From Planctomycetota bacterium (GTDB taxonomy: Bacteria; Planctomycetota; SZUA-567; H5-PLA8), in assembly GCA_038227875.1 (NCBI GenBank), contig JBBRPR010000007.1, positions 64,001-128,000 of the forward strand: a stretch of 64,000 bases of DNA. The letters run 5' to 3'. The notes under the pieces are model-generated. The model ran no database searches. It was not told where the DNA came from and worked only from the letters and a program-made list of their open reading frames with translations. The stretch's first letter is position 1. Every line of letters starts with the position of its first letter. Positions 8,295 through 19,921 of the stretch are shown one piece after another. The position numbers and the translations under genes were made by a program.

Positions 8295-9477
8295 ATGGCT
8301 AAACGTGACCCCAATAAATTCGAAGTGAAGGGCAACCCGTCAATCTTCGTTACCATCGCGCGCCACTCCCGCGACGGCGACCACGCGAAGGATGCGTGCT
8401 GGCACTTCGTCTTCTGGCACGACGGTAAGCGCAAGCGGGGTTCCACGGGCAAGACCGAGCACGCCGACGCGGTTGAAGTCGCGCGCAAGGAAGCCGAAAA
8501 AGTGATGAATGCCGCCGTCAATCCTTCGGGCGGTCTCGATCTCGGCGCCACGGTGGCGCAGTACCTTGAAGCGCGCTGGCCGAAAGACCGGAAGCCGGAC
8601 GTGCGGAAGGGCAATCGCAGCTACCAGGATGCCAAGAGCCGCTTGGAGCTATTCGTCGAGTACACCGGGAAGGATGCGCGCCTGTCTTCGCTGGACTTGG
8701 AAGGCGCAAAAGGACTGTTCCGAAAGTTCCTGAAGAAACGGAAGGCCGACGGCATGAGCGCCCGGACGGTGTTGAATGACAAGCTGATTCTCAGCCGGTT
8801 CTGCTCCGAACTACTGGAAGCCGATCCCGCCGTGGTTTACTGGCCAGCGAACCCGCTGAGTTTCGTAAAGTCAGACAAGCCCGACGCGCCGGACGCCGTA
8901 CCCTTGACGGAAGAAGACGTGCAAGCGGTATTGAGCAAGGGAAAGACGTCCGCCGCGTGGCCCCTGATCGTGCTATGCTTGGGCATGGGCTTTGCGGCCG
9001 CGGGAAGCCACGCGTGTGCAGTGGAAGCACGTGAGCTTCAAGGACAATGCCGTTACCGTCTTCGGGAAGAAGCGCGGCCGGACGCCGCAAATGTCCACGT
9101 GGCTGGCCGCCCAGCTCCAAGCGATCAAAACCGCCTCACCGGACGCCTCACAGCCGGACTTCCTCTTCCCCCACAACAGCTTCACCGCCTTCGACTTCTT
9201 CGCAGAGGTACGAAAAGCCGCATTCGGCGACGATGGCGAGCATGTAACGCTGCAATCCCTTCGCCGGACGGCCTGCAGGAAGGCGGCGCCCACAATGACC
9301 GTGCACGCCTATGCCGCGTATTTCGGCCACGGGCTTGCAGTTGCCCAGAAGCACTATCTGGGGTATGGTCTCGACGGGTTGGGCGGGAAGGTTAACGTAA
9401 GTGCTTTGGACTATACCGCCGCGCCCAGCGCACCGCCTCACAAACCGCCTCACAGCGCGGAGGCGAAAAGCGCTTAA
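8295..9477 (+). pseudogene. int: Tyrosine recombinase/integrase with a 1-nt frameshift at 8991-8993
   Basis: Removing one T from GGC-TTTG-CGG restores GMGLRPRE (box I Arg). The downstream frame has QSLRRT and YFGH..QKHY. Confidence 0.85.
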
Positions 9478-9499
9478 ACCTTATGCAGTAACAAGTTTA

Positions 9500-9571
9500 G
9501 CCATCTTAGCTCAGCGGTAGAGCAACGGTTTTGTAAACCGTAGGTCCTGGGTTCAATCCCCAGAGATGGCT
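9500..9571 (+). tRNA. tRNA-Thr (anticodon TGT), CCA not encoded
   Basis: Cloverleaf: GCCATCT/AGATGGC acceptor stem, GCTC-AGCGGTA-GAGC D arm, ACGGT-TTTGTAA-ACCGT anticodon arm, GGTTCAATCC T loop. Confidence 0.95.
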
Positions 9572-9814
9572 TTTCAGAACGACCGACCTTCCTCTCCATC
9601 TTTTTGATTCAGGAGAATTCAGAACCGGGTTCGGCAACCGCACGTCGTTGTATTTAACGACATAAATGACAAATTAGCTTGGAAGGTCTTTCGAATTTAT
9701 ACCTATAAGATTATCCATATTATGATGTTATGAAAATTACTCGCGATCATTTAATTTAGACTTGTCACTTAAATTACATCTCTAACGGTGTTTATTATGA
9801 GCAGGAGATCCTTC

Positions 9815-12481
9815 ATGAAAATCCAGTCCTTGATTGTTGTACTGGCGAGTAACTGCGCGCTGCTTTGTGCCGGTGAACCCGCGCCGGGCATTCCGACTCC
9901 GGTTGCATTCAAGGATGCGCCCGTCAACACGTGGGCTAAGGTGACCGAGTGCAAGACTGGCACTCGTTCGCAACCGCTCTTTGTCTACGTTCCGGGACTC
10001 AAGAAGTTCGTGATGGCCAGCGGGATTCAGTCCTACGGCGGAGTTCCACCGCGCCACTACGACACCGAGGAATTTGATCTCGCCACCGCTTCATGGATCA
10101 ACGCCTATCCGCCTGCCGTGGCCTCCGGTCGACCCGTGTCCGGTCCGGTCGGCGAGGATTACTCCAAGGCTCGTGAGAAGATGGGCAACAGTGGCCCCGA
10201 ACTCTTTTACAAAGATGGCGAACTGCTTCGCCCCGGCTGCGGCGGGCAATGGCAGACGACCAAGCTGAACTACGAATTCGCTTATGTGCCAGACAACGGC
10301 AAAGTCTACGCCTACCTCTACGACAAGACGATTTGTTACGACCCCGTTTCACGCCTGTGGCAGGATACCGGTGCAAAGCCGCGCCCCAGTTGCCGCATTT
10401 GGGGTTCGATGTGCTACGACCCGCTAAATAAGGAGATCCTCCACTCTGGCGGCGATGGCGGCAGCGCCACCATCGGCACGTTCGTATACAGCCTCGAGAA
10501 AAATGAGTGGCGAAAGCTCGAATTCGGTTCGGCCAGGCTCAAAGAGCTCTCGGCAAAAGCCAAAGATTTACGCTGGCAGGCCAAGGCACTGCTGGGCGCC
10601 TGCGCCAACCGTTTTGCTGTGAGCGAGACAGCGGCCGAAGCGAAGGCAGACCTCGCGGCTAAGGCAAATGAGCTCGCCACCGCCGCCGGAAATCTGGCCA
10701 GCGAGGTCAAGAGCGCAACGCTGGCCGATCACGAGAAGACCGCCGGCCAGGTCGCCGCGCGCCGCTTGGTCGCGGCCGCCGAGGCGCTCATGGCCGCCAC
10801 TCCTTCCCTTTCTGGCAAGATCGCCGCGCCCAACGTAGCCGCCATCCGCGCCGTGCGGGTCAGCGTCGAACAGAGTGTGGACGCACTGGCCGCCGAGCCG
10901 CCGGGCCGCGCGCGCTCGCAGAGCGCCTACGATCCGGTCCACAAGAAGATCGTGCTCTTCGGCGGCGACGGGCTCGACAGAGTGCTCGCCGACACGTGGG
11001 TCTACGACTGTGCGACGCGCAGTTGGGAGCAGAAATTCCCGGAGAAGTGCCCCGCCCCGCGCGCCGGACATATCTTCGCATGGCTGCCAAAGGCCAGCCG
11101 TTTCGTCTTGGCAGGTGGCTACAGCCGCGACTGGCTGGAACAGGAGGTCTGGACCTACGATCTCGCTGCCGATGCGTGGAAGCTCCTGCTGCACGTGCCA
11201 CTGGTTGATGAAGACTGGGGCCGACAGAAGTTCAGCCACGACTGTCCGCGCATAACCGCGCGCACCAACATGGTGGGCGCCGTCGACGAGAACGATGTTT
11301 TAATCTGCCCCGACCCGCAGGGCGGCGGTCTGGTCACGTGGGGCTGCAAGATCGACGCGATAAAAATCGATGAAGCCGGCACCGCCGCGCGAGCCTCAAC
11401 CTCCGGAGCCTACACCTTCAACCGCATCGACCCGGCCGTGTGGGAGAAGGCCGCCAAACCCGAACCGGAGAAGACTCGCCAGCTCCTCACCGATTTGCCC
11501 GCCAACCAGTGGACCGCGCTCAAATTTCCGCTGTACGCCCCGGGTGCCACCAACCGCTGGGGCACCACCGCCTACGATGTCGACAGACATCAGTTGCTCT
11601 TCTGGGGCGGCGGCCATGCCACCAGCCAGGAAGACGACGTCTCCCACTTCAGCGTGCTGGGCGGTTTCTGGACCGTCGGCTACCATCCCGACGATCCCAT
11701 CGAGATCATCTACGCATCAGTTCCGACGCCTTTGAGTTTCAACGACCGCGTCCATGTACCCATGCATGCCTACAAGGCCTACGATTACGACCCGACCCTG
11801 GGCAAGATGTTGTACTTCGACCGGGTCTACAACCCGGCGGTGCGCGAGTGGGAGCCGACACCGGTTCCAGGCCTCGAGCAGCACCCCGGTTCTCTCAGTT
11901 GCTTCCTGGCCCCCACGCCCCATGGCATGGTGGCCTACTCCGAGCAGGGCCTCTACGGATTCGATGCCAAAGCCGGGCGCTGGCAGAAGCTGCCCTGGAA
12001 TGGTCCGCCGTTTGGCGGCATCTATTGCGACGGCCATGCCCTGCGCTACGACTCCAAGCGCGACTGCCTGTGGCTGGCCAACGACAAGGTTATCTTCCGC
12101 TACGACATGGCCTCCGGAAAAGCCGAGAAGGTGGAATTCAAGAAGCCCAAGGCGCTGGGACAATTCATTTTCTATAGCGAAGAGGTCTATCTGCCGGACG
12201 CCGATCTCATCCTGCTGATGAATCTCTTCGCCAAACCCGACGGCAAGCTCAGCAACGTCGTTTGGGATCCCACCAATGCAAAGTTCTACTGGGCCGACTT
12301 GACGTTCATGGAGAATGACAAGCCGGTGGAATTCAAGGGCGCACCGTTCAGTTGGTCGGACGCCTTGCGCTACGATCCGGAGCTGAAGCTGATCTTGCTC
12401 AACAACTCCAGTGCGCAAAAGGTCTGGGCCCTGAAGTTCGACCGCAAGGCCGCAAATCTTCAGGAAATTCACGACGAGTAG
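9815..12481 (+). CDS. Secreted kelch/beta-propeller repeat protein
   Basis: Signal peptide; repeated YDP..VLFGG..DTWVYD..W motifs; AGGAG RBS. Confidence 0.75.
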   Translation: MKIQSLIVVLASNCALLCAGEPAPGIPTPVAFKDAPVNTWAKVTECKTGTRSQPLFVYVPGLKKFVMASGIQSYGGVPPRHYDTEEFDLATASWINAYPPAVASGRPVSGPVGEDYSKAREKMGNSGPELFYKDGELLRPGCGGQWQTTKLNYEFAYVPDNGKVYAYLYDKTICYDPVSRLWQDTGAKPRPSCRIWGSMCYDPLNKEILHSGGDGGSATIGTFVYSLEKNEWRKLEFGSARLKELSAKAKDLRWQAKALLGACANRFAVSETAAEAKADLAAKANELATAAGNLASEVKSATLADHEKTAGQVAARRLVAAAEALMAATPSLSGKIAAPNVAAIRAVRVSVEQSVDALAAEPPGRARSQSAYDPVHKKIVLFGGDGLDRVLADTWVYDCATRSWEQKFPEKCPAPRAGHIFAWLPKASRFVLAGGYSRDWLEQEVWTYDLAADAWKLLLHVPLVDEDWGRQKFSHDCPRITARTNMVGAVDENDVLICPDPQGGGLVTWGCKIDAIKIDEAGTAARASTSGAYTFNRIDPAVWEKAAKPEPEKTRQLLTDLPANQWTALKFPLYAPGATNRWGTTAYDVDRHQLLFWGGGHATSQEDDVSHFSVLGGFWTVGYHPDDPIEIIYASVPTPLSFNDRVHVPMHAYKAYDYDPTLGKMLYFDRVYNPAVREWEPTPVPGLEQHPGSLSCFLAPTPHGMVAYSEQGLYGFDAKAGRWQKLPWNGPPFGGIYCDGHALRYDSKRDCLWLANDKVIFRYDMASGKAEKVEFKKPKALGQFIFYSEEVYLPDADLILLMNLFAKPDGKLSNVVWDPTNAKFYWADLTFMENDKPVEFKGAPFSWSDALRYDPELKLILLNNSSAQKVWALKFDRKAANLQEIHDE

Positions 12482-12577
12482 CCACAGGGGGCAAGCACAC
12501 CGGGGAGGGAGGAGCCGGACCAGAGGTATTGTGGCACGGCACTTCCCTCCTCCTGCCTTTCGTTCTAGAATCAGTTC

Positions 12578-14599
12578 ATGAGTTCCGAATCCGTCCGGCT
12601 GACACGCTCTGCTTCTGAATCGCATCCTTCTCAATCCCGTGTGGAAGAACCGGAGGGCGATTCGCCCACGACATTAATGCTGCTCACCGCCTGCTGTGCG
12701 GTCAGCGGTGTCGCGGCGTGGATGATGCACACGCGGTCGGACACGGCCGAACGCGCGCTCTATATTTTCGCATACCTCACGGGCGGGTGGGCGCCGGTCA
12801 AGGCGGTGGTTCGAAATCTGCTCGCACGCAAACTCGACGTTAACCTGCTCATGGTTCTGGCGGCCATCGGCGCGGCGATCACGAATGAATGGGGCGAAGG
12901 CACGGCGCTGCTGTTTTTGTTTTCGCTTTCCGGCGCGCTCGAGAAAATCACGCTCGAACGCACGGCACGCTCGATCGAAGCCTTGATCGAATTGCGCCCG
13001 GACACGGCGCTGGTCATCCGCGACGGCGCGGAAAAGCGCGTACCGATTGAGGAGATCAAAGCCGGCGAGCGCGTGCGCGTCATGCCTGCCGAACGGCTGG
13101 CGATTGACGGCGTCATTCTGGAAGGCCAGACAACCATCGATGAATCCACGATCACCGGCGAATCGATTCCGGTCGAAAAAGGCGTCGGCGCGGAGGTCTT
13201 CGCCGGCACGCTCAACCAGCGCGGCAGCATCGTCGTCGATGTCCAGCACACTGCCAACGAAACCATGCTCGCCAAGATCGTCCGGACCGTCCGCGGCGCG
13301 CAGGACGAGAAAGCCGATTCCGAACGGTTCATCCAGCGCTGGCAGAAGCCCTACGTCATCTGCGTGCTCGCCGGTTCGGTCGCGGTGATGCTCTTTCACG
13401 TGCTTTTTCCGAAGAACGCCGCAGAAGGCGGAGTCGCCGTGTTCACCGCGGCGTTCAAGCAGGCGATGGTGCTGCTCGTCGGCGCATCGCCGTGCGCGGT
13501 GGTCATCGCGGTGCCGGCGGCCACACTGGCGGGCATCACGCGCGCGGCAAAAAGCGGCGTGCTGTTCAAGGGCGGCGCGTTCCTGGAACGGCTCGCGGAC
13601 GCCAAGGTCATTGTCTTCGACAAGACCGGTACCCTCACGGAAGGCAAGCCGGTCGTCGACGCGCTGTGGGGCGGAAACGACGCGCCGATCTCGGTGCTGG
13701 CGACAGGCAAGGAACTCGATGCGGCCGGCAAGCGCATTCTGGAACTCGCGGCGGCCGTGGAACAGCGCAGTGAACACCCTCTCGCGCGAGCTGTCGTGGA
13801 CGCGGCCAAGGCGCGAAAGCTTGTGATTCCCGACGTCCGCGAATTCGAGAGCCACACGGGACTGGGCGCACACGCTGAAATTGGAGAGATGTGGATCGGC
13901 GTGGGCAAGATGGAATTGTTCCAGGCGCACCAGATCAAGCTGCCGCCGGAGCTGCTCAAACGCAGCGACGAAGAACGCGCGGCCGGGCAGACGGTGCTCA
14001 TCGTGGGCACAAATCAGAATGAGTTCGGCATTCTCTGTGTCGCCGACCAGGCGCGCGAAGAGGCCAAGTCCGTGATCGAACGCCTGAGAAAACTAGGCGT
14101 CGAACACATCGCGGTCCTCACCGGCGACCACAAAGCTGTCGGCGATGCCGTGGCGAAAGTGGTGGGCGCCGATCAGGTCCGCGCCAATCTGTTACCGCAG
14201 GAAAAGGTGACCGAAATCGCCCGCCTGCGCCGCAAGTACGGCGCGATCGTGATGGTCGGCGACGGCGTCAACGACGCCCCCGCGCTGGCCGTGGCGGATG
14301 TGGGCATCGCGATGGGCGGAGCGGGCACCGACGTCGCGCTCGACACCGCCGACGTGGTGCTGATGAAGGACGACTTATCCGGCGTGGTGACAGCGATGTG
14401 GCTCAGTCAGGCCACGCATAAGGCCATCGCGCGCGGCCTGACTTTCGCCTTCACGATCATCGGAATTCTGATCATCGGCGCGATGCTGAACGTGCTTCCG
14501 CTTTGGCTGGCCGTGCTTTGCCACGAAGGCAGCACGGTACTCACGATCTTGAGCGGGCTGTACATCCTCGTCGAGCATCCGCCAAAAGAGGCGCTCTAG
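12578..14599 (+). CDS. Heavy-metal P1B-4 type ATPase (Co/Zn/Fe efflux)
   Basis: TGES, SPC, DKTGT, SEHP, GDGVND and HEGST motifs. Confidence 0.92.
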   Translation: MSSESVRLTRSASESHPSQSRVEEPEGDSPTTLMLLTACCAVSGVAAWMMHTRSDTAERALYIFAYLTGGWAPVKAVVRNLLARKLDVNLLMVLAAIGAAITNEWGEGTALLFLFSLSGALEKITLERTARSIEALIELRPDTALVIRDGAEKRVPIEEIKAGERVRVMPAERLAIDGVILEGQTTIDESTITGESIPVEKGVGAEVFAGTLNQRGSIVVDVQHTANETMLAKIVRTVRGAQDEKADSERFIQRWQKPYVICVLAGSVAVMLFHVLFPKNAAEGGVAVFTAAFKQAMVLLVGASPCAVVIAVPAATLAGITRAAKSGVLFKGGAFLERLADAKVIVFDKTGTLTEGKPVVDALWGGNDAPISVLATGKELDAAGKRILELAAAVEQRSEHPLARAVVDAAKARKLVIPDVREFESHTGLGAHAEIGEMWIGVGKMELFQAHQIKLPPELLKRSDEERAAGQTVLIVGTNQNEFGILCVADQAREEAKSVIERLRKLGVEHIAVLTGDHKAVGDAVAKVVGADQVRANLLPQEKVTEIARLRRKYGAIVMVGDGVNDAPALAVADVGIAMGGAGTDVALDTADVVLMKDDLSGVVTAMWLSQATHKAIARGLTFAFTIIGILIIGAMLNVLPLWLAVLCHEGSTVLTILSGLYILVEHPPKEAL

Positions 14600-14653
14600 C
14601 TCTCACTTACGCATCGAACTTGCGTCACGCGTTCTCGACATTCGACATTCCCA

Positions 14654-15220
14654 TCATTCCTTCTCGCTCTGCCCCCGGAAATGGCTGTCCTTGTTTCCGA
14701 AGAGCGCATTGAATGTGGTGAGGCTTCCGTAGCAGCGCGTGATGTATCCTTCCATCTCGATTTTTTCTTCCGGCGTCAGCACGGTGTGCGCGTTGATTTT
14801 CTGCTCCAGGACGCGCAGCTTGTCGCGGATTCCAATGATCTTCTTGAAGAACATTTCGATCGGAATTTCGTGCGGGCGCGTGTCTTCCTTGCCAGGCATG
14901 ATCTTGACCGTGCCGCCGACCCAACGTTTGCCGAGTTCCAGATCGACATCAAGAAACCCGTGATCGCCGAGAACTTCCTGGACGGCCTGCTTGATGCGGT
15001 CGAACTCCGGATCGCTCGAGAGCTGCTCGGGCTTCAGCAATTCGAATGTGAATGCGACGCGTTTCACTTCGCCGCCCTTGAACATCACGACGTAGGAATC
15101 GCCTTCGTACGTGACTACGCGGCCGCTCCCAAAATGCGGGTGGCTTACGACGGAGCCGACGCCAAACTTCGGCTTGTGCGACGGCGCGGCGGACGAAGAC
15201 ATGGGAACAAAATCGGACAT
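14654..15220 (-). CDS. Conserved hypothetical protein
   Basis: Host-like codon usage, GGAGG RBS, SH3-like N-terminal HPHFGSGRV. Confidence 0.75.
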   Translation of the reverse strand: MSDFVPMSSSAAPSHKPKFGVGSVVSHPHFGSGRVVTYEGDSYVVMFKGGEVKRVAFTFELLKPEQLSSDPEFDRIKQAVQEVLGDHGFLDVDLELGKRWVGGTVKIMPGKEDTRPHEIPIEMFFKKIIGIRDKLRVLEQKINAHTVLTPEEKIEMEGYITRCYGSLTTFNALFGNKDSHFRGQSEKE

Positions 15221-15344
15221 CGGTCATCCCTCCTTCGTGAGCGGCTTTGAGCTGACCCTGGTACAAATTTGTGCCGAGGTCATGAAGACCATATGGCAAA
15301 TTTGCCATGTGGTCAAAATTCAGCAGGGGCAGGACCCATTGGTC

Positions 15345-16892
15345 CTACGCTGAATCGCCGAGCAATGATTCAACTTTCTTCATCAGCCCTGGAATGTCGT
15401 GCACCTCGGCCTCACCGTGAATCGGAAGTCCGGCTTCCGTCATCGCTTTGCTCGTGATCGGGCCGATCGACAGGCACTTCAACCGTGGCGAGGCGAGCGC
15501 GGCCTTCAAGCGCTCCGGGCCGAGGATCGACGCGAAATTCCGCGCCGTCGATGCCGACGTAAACGTCACCGCATCCACGTCGTGACGCTCGAGCGCGGCG
15601 AGCGCATCTTCCTGGCCCGCGGTCTCGAGCACCGTGCGGTAGGCGGCGATCTCGGTGACCTCCCCGCCCTCTTTGCGCAGCTCGGCGGGAAGATCGCTAC
15701 GGGCGATGTCGGCGCGCGGCAGCAGGAAGCGCTTGCCGCTGATCTGCCCCTGCTGCTTCAGCGTGGAGGCGATCGACTCGGCGACGAACTCCGGCGGAAT
15801 CAGGTCGGCGCGGATCCCCTTCTCAAGTAGTCGATCCGCGCTGGCGTCGCCGACGACCGCGACTTTCGCTCTAACCGCGCGCGCGTCGAGATTGCGACGT
15901 CCGAGTTCTTTGAAGATGGCATCGACACCGTTGACGCTGGTCAGCACTACCCAATCGAATTTTCCGGCGACGAGCGTGTCGACGGCGGCCTGCAGCTCCG
16001 GCGTGCGCGAAAATTCGATGCGGATGGCCGGGAATTCGTACACGGAGGCGCCGCGCGTCCGCAATCCGTCGGCGAGGTCGCTGGCCTGAGCTCGCGCGCG
16101 CGTGACGACGATGCGCTTGCCGTGAAGCGGCCGGGTTTCGAAAAAGTTTAGCTTGTCGCGGAGTGAAATCACGTCGCCGATGACCGTGAGCGCCGGCGCC
16201 TGGATTTTCATCTCGCGTGCGACACGCTCGATGGTTTCCAGCGTCCCGGTCGCGGTGCGCTGGCGCGGCGTCGTGCCCCACTCGATCACCGCGGCGGGCG
16301 TCTGCGGCGAGCGGTGCTTCGACAACTCGCCGGCAATCCGCCCAAGATTTTTGACGCCCATATAAAAGCAGAGCGTCCCGATCTTGGCCAGAGAGGCCCA
16401 GTCGAGCATGGTTTCCGGCTTGGTCGGATCTTCGTGGCCGGTGACAAAGGCGACAGCGCTGGCATGTTCGCGGTGCGTGACAGGAATTCCGGCGTACGCG
16501 GGCGCGGCAATTCCAGCGGTTACGCCGGGAATAATTTCGACCCGGACGCCGCGCTCGATCAGGAACAGCGCCTCCTCGGCGCCACGCCCAAAGAGGTAGG
16601 GATCGCCGCCCTTGAAGCGCAGGACGCTTCGACCACTTTGCGCTTTTTCAGCCAGAAGCTTATTGATGTCCGGCTGTTCCACAGCGTGCTGCGCGCCGCG
16701 CTTGCCGACGTAAATCTTTTCGGCGCCGGGGTTCGCGAGTGCAAAAATTTCCGGCGAGACCAATGCGTCATAAACGATGCAGTCGCACCATTCGAGCAGC
16801 TCGCGCGCACGCACGGTCAGTAACTTGGGGTCACCTGGACCCGAGCCGGCAAGGTAAACCGTGCCGGGGAGGACGTCGCTTCGCTTATTCAT
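15345..16892 (-). CDS. cobA-hemD: Uroporphyrinogen-III C-methyltransferase / uroporphyrinogen-III synthase fusion
   Basis: GSGPGDPKLLT, KGGDPYLFGRG; HemD part VVTRARAQA..LTSVNGV..FTSAST. Confidence 0.93.
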   Translation of the reverse strand: MNKRSDVLPGTVYLAGSGPGDPKLLTVRARELLEWCDCIVYDALVSPEIFALANPGAEKIYVGKRGAQHAVEQPDINKLLAEKAQSGRSVLRFKGGDPYLFGRGAEEALFLIERGVRVEIIPGVTAGIAAPAYAGIPVTHREHASAVAFVTGHEDPTKPETMLDWASLAKIGTLCFYMGVKNLGRIAGELSKHRSPQTPAAVIEWGTTPRQRTATGTLETIERVAREMKIQAPALTVIGDVISLRDKLNFFETRPLHGKRIVVTRARAQASDLADGLRTRGASVYEFPAIRIEFSRTPELQAAVDTLVAGKFDWVVLTSVNGVDAIFKELGRRNLDARAVRAKVAVVGDASADRLLEKGIRADLIPPEFVAESIASTLKQQGQISGKRFLLPRADIARSDLPAELRKEGGEVTEIAAYRTVLETAGQEDALAALERHDVDAVTFTSASTARNFASILGPERLKAALASPRLKCLSIGPITSKAMTEAGLPIHGEAEVHDIPGLMKKVESLLGDSA

Positions 16893-17037
16893 GGACCCGC
16901 GAGATTACAGCGAATAAAAAAAACTTCCTGTTCAATATTTTTCTGACGTTCTCTTTCTTTGCATTCTTTCCACAAATCCTGCATGATAAGCGCCTGTCGG
17001 TTTTCCCCATCTTAGAGTGTCTGGCAGGAGGCGCGTT

Positions 17038-18494
<1,457 letters not shown>

Positions 18495-18495
<1 letters not shown>

Positions 18496-19577
18496 TGACC
18501 AAGAAATCGCTGACCTACAAGGACGCCGGTGTGGACATCCATGCCGGAGACGCGATCGCCGAGAACATCGGGCGGATGGCCAAGAGCACCTACGGGCCTG
18601 AAGTCCTCGGCGGCATCGGTGGATTTGCCGGCATGTTTTCGATGGGCGGTGAAGTCAACCTGCTGCGCGGTTCGTACCGCGATCCGGTGCTGGTCGCCTG
18701 CACCGACGGCGTAGGCACGAAACTCAAAATCGCCTTCATGGCCAACAAGCACGACACCGTCGGCATCGATCTGGTGGCGATGTCGGTCAACGACTTGATT
18801 GTGCAGGGCGCCGAGCCGCTCTTCTTTCTCGACTACATCGGCATCGAAAAGAAAGACCCCGGCGTCTGCGAGCAGTTGATGAAGGGCGTCGTCGAAGGCT
18901 GCAAACAATCCAAGTGCGCGCTGCTGGGCGGCGAGACCGCGTCGCTGCCGGCGATGTACGCGAAGGGCGAATACGACCTCGCCGGTTTTTGCGTCGGCGT
19001 GGTGGAACGCGCGAAGATCATCGACGGCAAAAAAGTCTCGGCCGGCGATGTGGTCATCGGCATCCATTCGTCGGGACTGCATTCCAACGGCTACAGCCTC
19101 GTCCGCAAAGCGCTGCTGGAAACCGCTGGCATGTCGCTCGACCAGCACGTCCCGGAACTCGGCTGCACGCTCGTCGAAGAACTGCTAAAGCCTACGCACA
19201 TTTACGCCACGGCCGTCCACGCCGTGCTGCATCATTACCGCGTCAAAGAAAACGTCCACGCGATGGCGAACATCACTGGTTCGGGCCTGCCCGGAAACAT
19301 TCCCCGCACGGTCCCCAACGGCATGATCGTGCGCATCAAAAAAGGCTCGTGGAAAGTTCCGGCGATTTTCGAACTCATCCAGAAGGCCGGCAACGTCAAA
19401 GAAGCCGAGATGTTCGACACCTTCAACATGGGCATCGGCCTGACGCTGATCTGCAACGAATTCAACGCGAAAGTGATCCAGGGCATTTTCCAGGACAACG
19501 GCTACGGCAGCGACGTGATCGGCACCGTGGAAGCTGGACCGAACCCGGAAGCGGAAGCGATTGTCCGGCTGGACTAG
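18495..19577 (+). CDS. purM: Phosphoribosylformylglycinamidine cyclo-ligase
   Basis: YKDAGVDI, TDGVGTK, GAEPLFFLDY, GGETA, SSGLHSNGYSL, FNMGIG. Confidence 0.96.
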
Positions 19578-19655
19578 CGTTCTCTAGTCTCGCGCTAAGG
19601 CGCAAAGAACGGCGGGGTTCGGGAATCCCGCTCGTAGTCTGGTCTTGGCGAGTGA

Positions 19656-19865
19656 CTACCCGCCCGGCTTATGGTGCGTCCACTCCAGCCGGCATTCGCC
19701 ACATTTCAGCGCGCCGTAGATCTGGTAGTACGACGTGTAGCCCGTCGACGTATCGGACTTGGTCTGCGTGTAGACGTCGTGAATGTGTGCGTGGTCCTTG
19801 CACAGTCCCCGGCCGCACGCGCGGCACGTGCCTTTCGCTTCCTTCTCGCAAAACCAGCAGGTCAT
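19656..19865 (-). CDS. Small Cys/His-rich zinc-binding protein
   Basis: CWFC..CRACGRGLCKDH..CGEC. Confidence 0.7.
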   Translation of the reverse strand: MTCWFCEKEAKGTCRACGRGLCKDHAHIHDVYTQTKSDTSTGYTSYYQIYGALKCGECRLEWTHHKPGG

Positions 19866-19921
19866 GAGCTCTACCCTCGTCCCCGCGCCCTGATGAAATC
19901 CTACGAACTCCCCATTGCACG

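Larger units (their letters stand above)
1..9499. mobile_element. Integrated prophage or phage-satellite-like element, right part; left end is outside the window
   Basis: Tyrosine integrase abuts tRNA-Thr. A divergent leftward gene run contains RHH, Xis-like HTH, XRE HTH, primase, helicase, iterons and portal. Composition is less GC-rich than the host genes. Confidence 0.85.

Noticed and set aside
8994..9395. C-terminal part of the 366-aa integrase ORF as listed in the track
   Set aside because: Out-of-frame read-through after the frameshift; the catalytic motifs are in the 8992-9477 frame.
12532..12546. Possible sigma54 promoter TGGCACGGCACTTCC before the P-type ATPase
   Set aside because: The conserved -12 GC reads CC.
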